A DNA stretch of 64,000 bases, taken from assembly GCF_023266575.1 (NCBI RefSeq), contig NZ_JAHFPV010000001.1; not shown here. One strand, written 5' to 3'. Positions within the stretch are counted from its first letter, which is position 1. Source of the DNA: Sphingobium sp. (GTDB lineage: Bacteria > Pseudomonadota > Alphaproteobacteria > Sphingomonadales > Sphingomonadaceae). The text below holds more notes on this DNA, generated by a model, which was given only the letters and a program-made list of their open reading frames with translations, searched no databases and was not told the origin of the DNA.

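Noticed and set aside
34130-64000. Calling the giant protein an RTX/T1SS adhesin (LapA/SiiE-like)
   Set aside because: I noticed no GGxGxD nonapeptide repeats in the parts of the visible frame I translated by eye, and no ABC/MFP/TolC genes upstream. The C-terminus is outside the window, so the class cannot be assigned.
1-64000. Mobile elements, integrases, phage genes, defence systems (RM, CBASS, Abi and similar), tRNA/rRNA genes
   Set aside because: I found no transposase, integrase, nuclease or methylase-like motifs, and no tRNA-like or rRNA-like sequence in either the track translations or the intergenic regions.

Overview
GC-rich, alphaproteobacterium-like sequence (sphingomonad-like by gene content and G-rich palindromic intergenic elements; this is inference only). 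I saw no rRNA, tRNA, CRISPR array, IS element or integrase. The window has three parts.

(1) 1-3.1 kb. A Sel1-repeat gene on the minus strand runs off the left edge. It is followed by a partition pair (Walker ParA plus a ribbon-helix-helix protein) and a TPR-SPOR lipoprotein.

(2) 3.2-33.7 kb. A dense catabolic island of about 30 genes:
- two alpha-only Rieske oxygenases and a Rieske ferredoxin
- six SDRs and two MDR enone-reductase-like paralogues
- three acyl-CoA dehydrogenases, one preceded by an APH-type kinase-like gene
- an acyl-CoA synthetase and an SCP-x-type thiolase with a DUF35 partner
- E1alpha/E1beta/E2 genes of a 2-oxoacid/acetoin-dehydrogenase-type complex, with no E3
- a GMC oxidoreductase
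- a Tat-signal flavoprotein translationally coupled to a small CxxCH cytochrome
- two SnoaL/NTF2 proteins and a ThuA-like protein
- a TonB-dependent receptor and a LuxR-type regulator

This gene content resembles CoA-dependent steroid/bile-acid or alicyclic/terpenoid degradation. The substrate cannot be read from the sequence.

(3) 34.1-64.0 kb. One uninterrupted + strand reading frame of at least 9,957 codons never reaches a stop inside the window, so it is absent from the supplied ORF track. The long minus-strand ORFs listed there are antisense shadows. Its product is a mosaic giant surface-protein candidate:
- an N-terminal LEPR-x-LL-type motif
- 12 diverged di-domain modules of about 620 bp, pre-peptidase-C-terminal-like, interrupted by three LamG domains and one L-type-lectin-like domain
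- about 17 CARDB-like repeats
- a non-repetitive core of about 2 kb that I could not assign
- a beta-propeller
- 9 cadherin-like Ig repeats
- YD-like repeats, a dockerin-like Ca-loop pair and Big_2-like domains
- an internal glycine-zipper hydrophobic hairpin
- a second propeller-like region and the start of a possible alpha/beta-hydrolase domain at the window edge

This giant gene is the main item worth follow-up.
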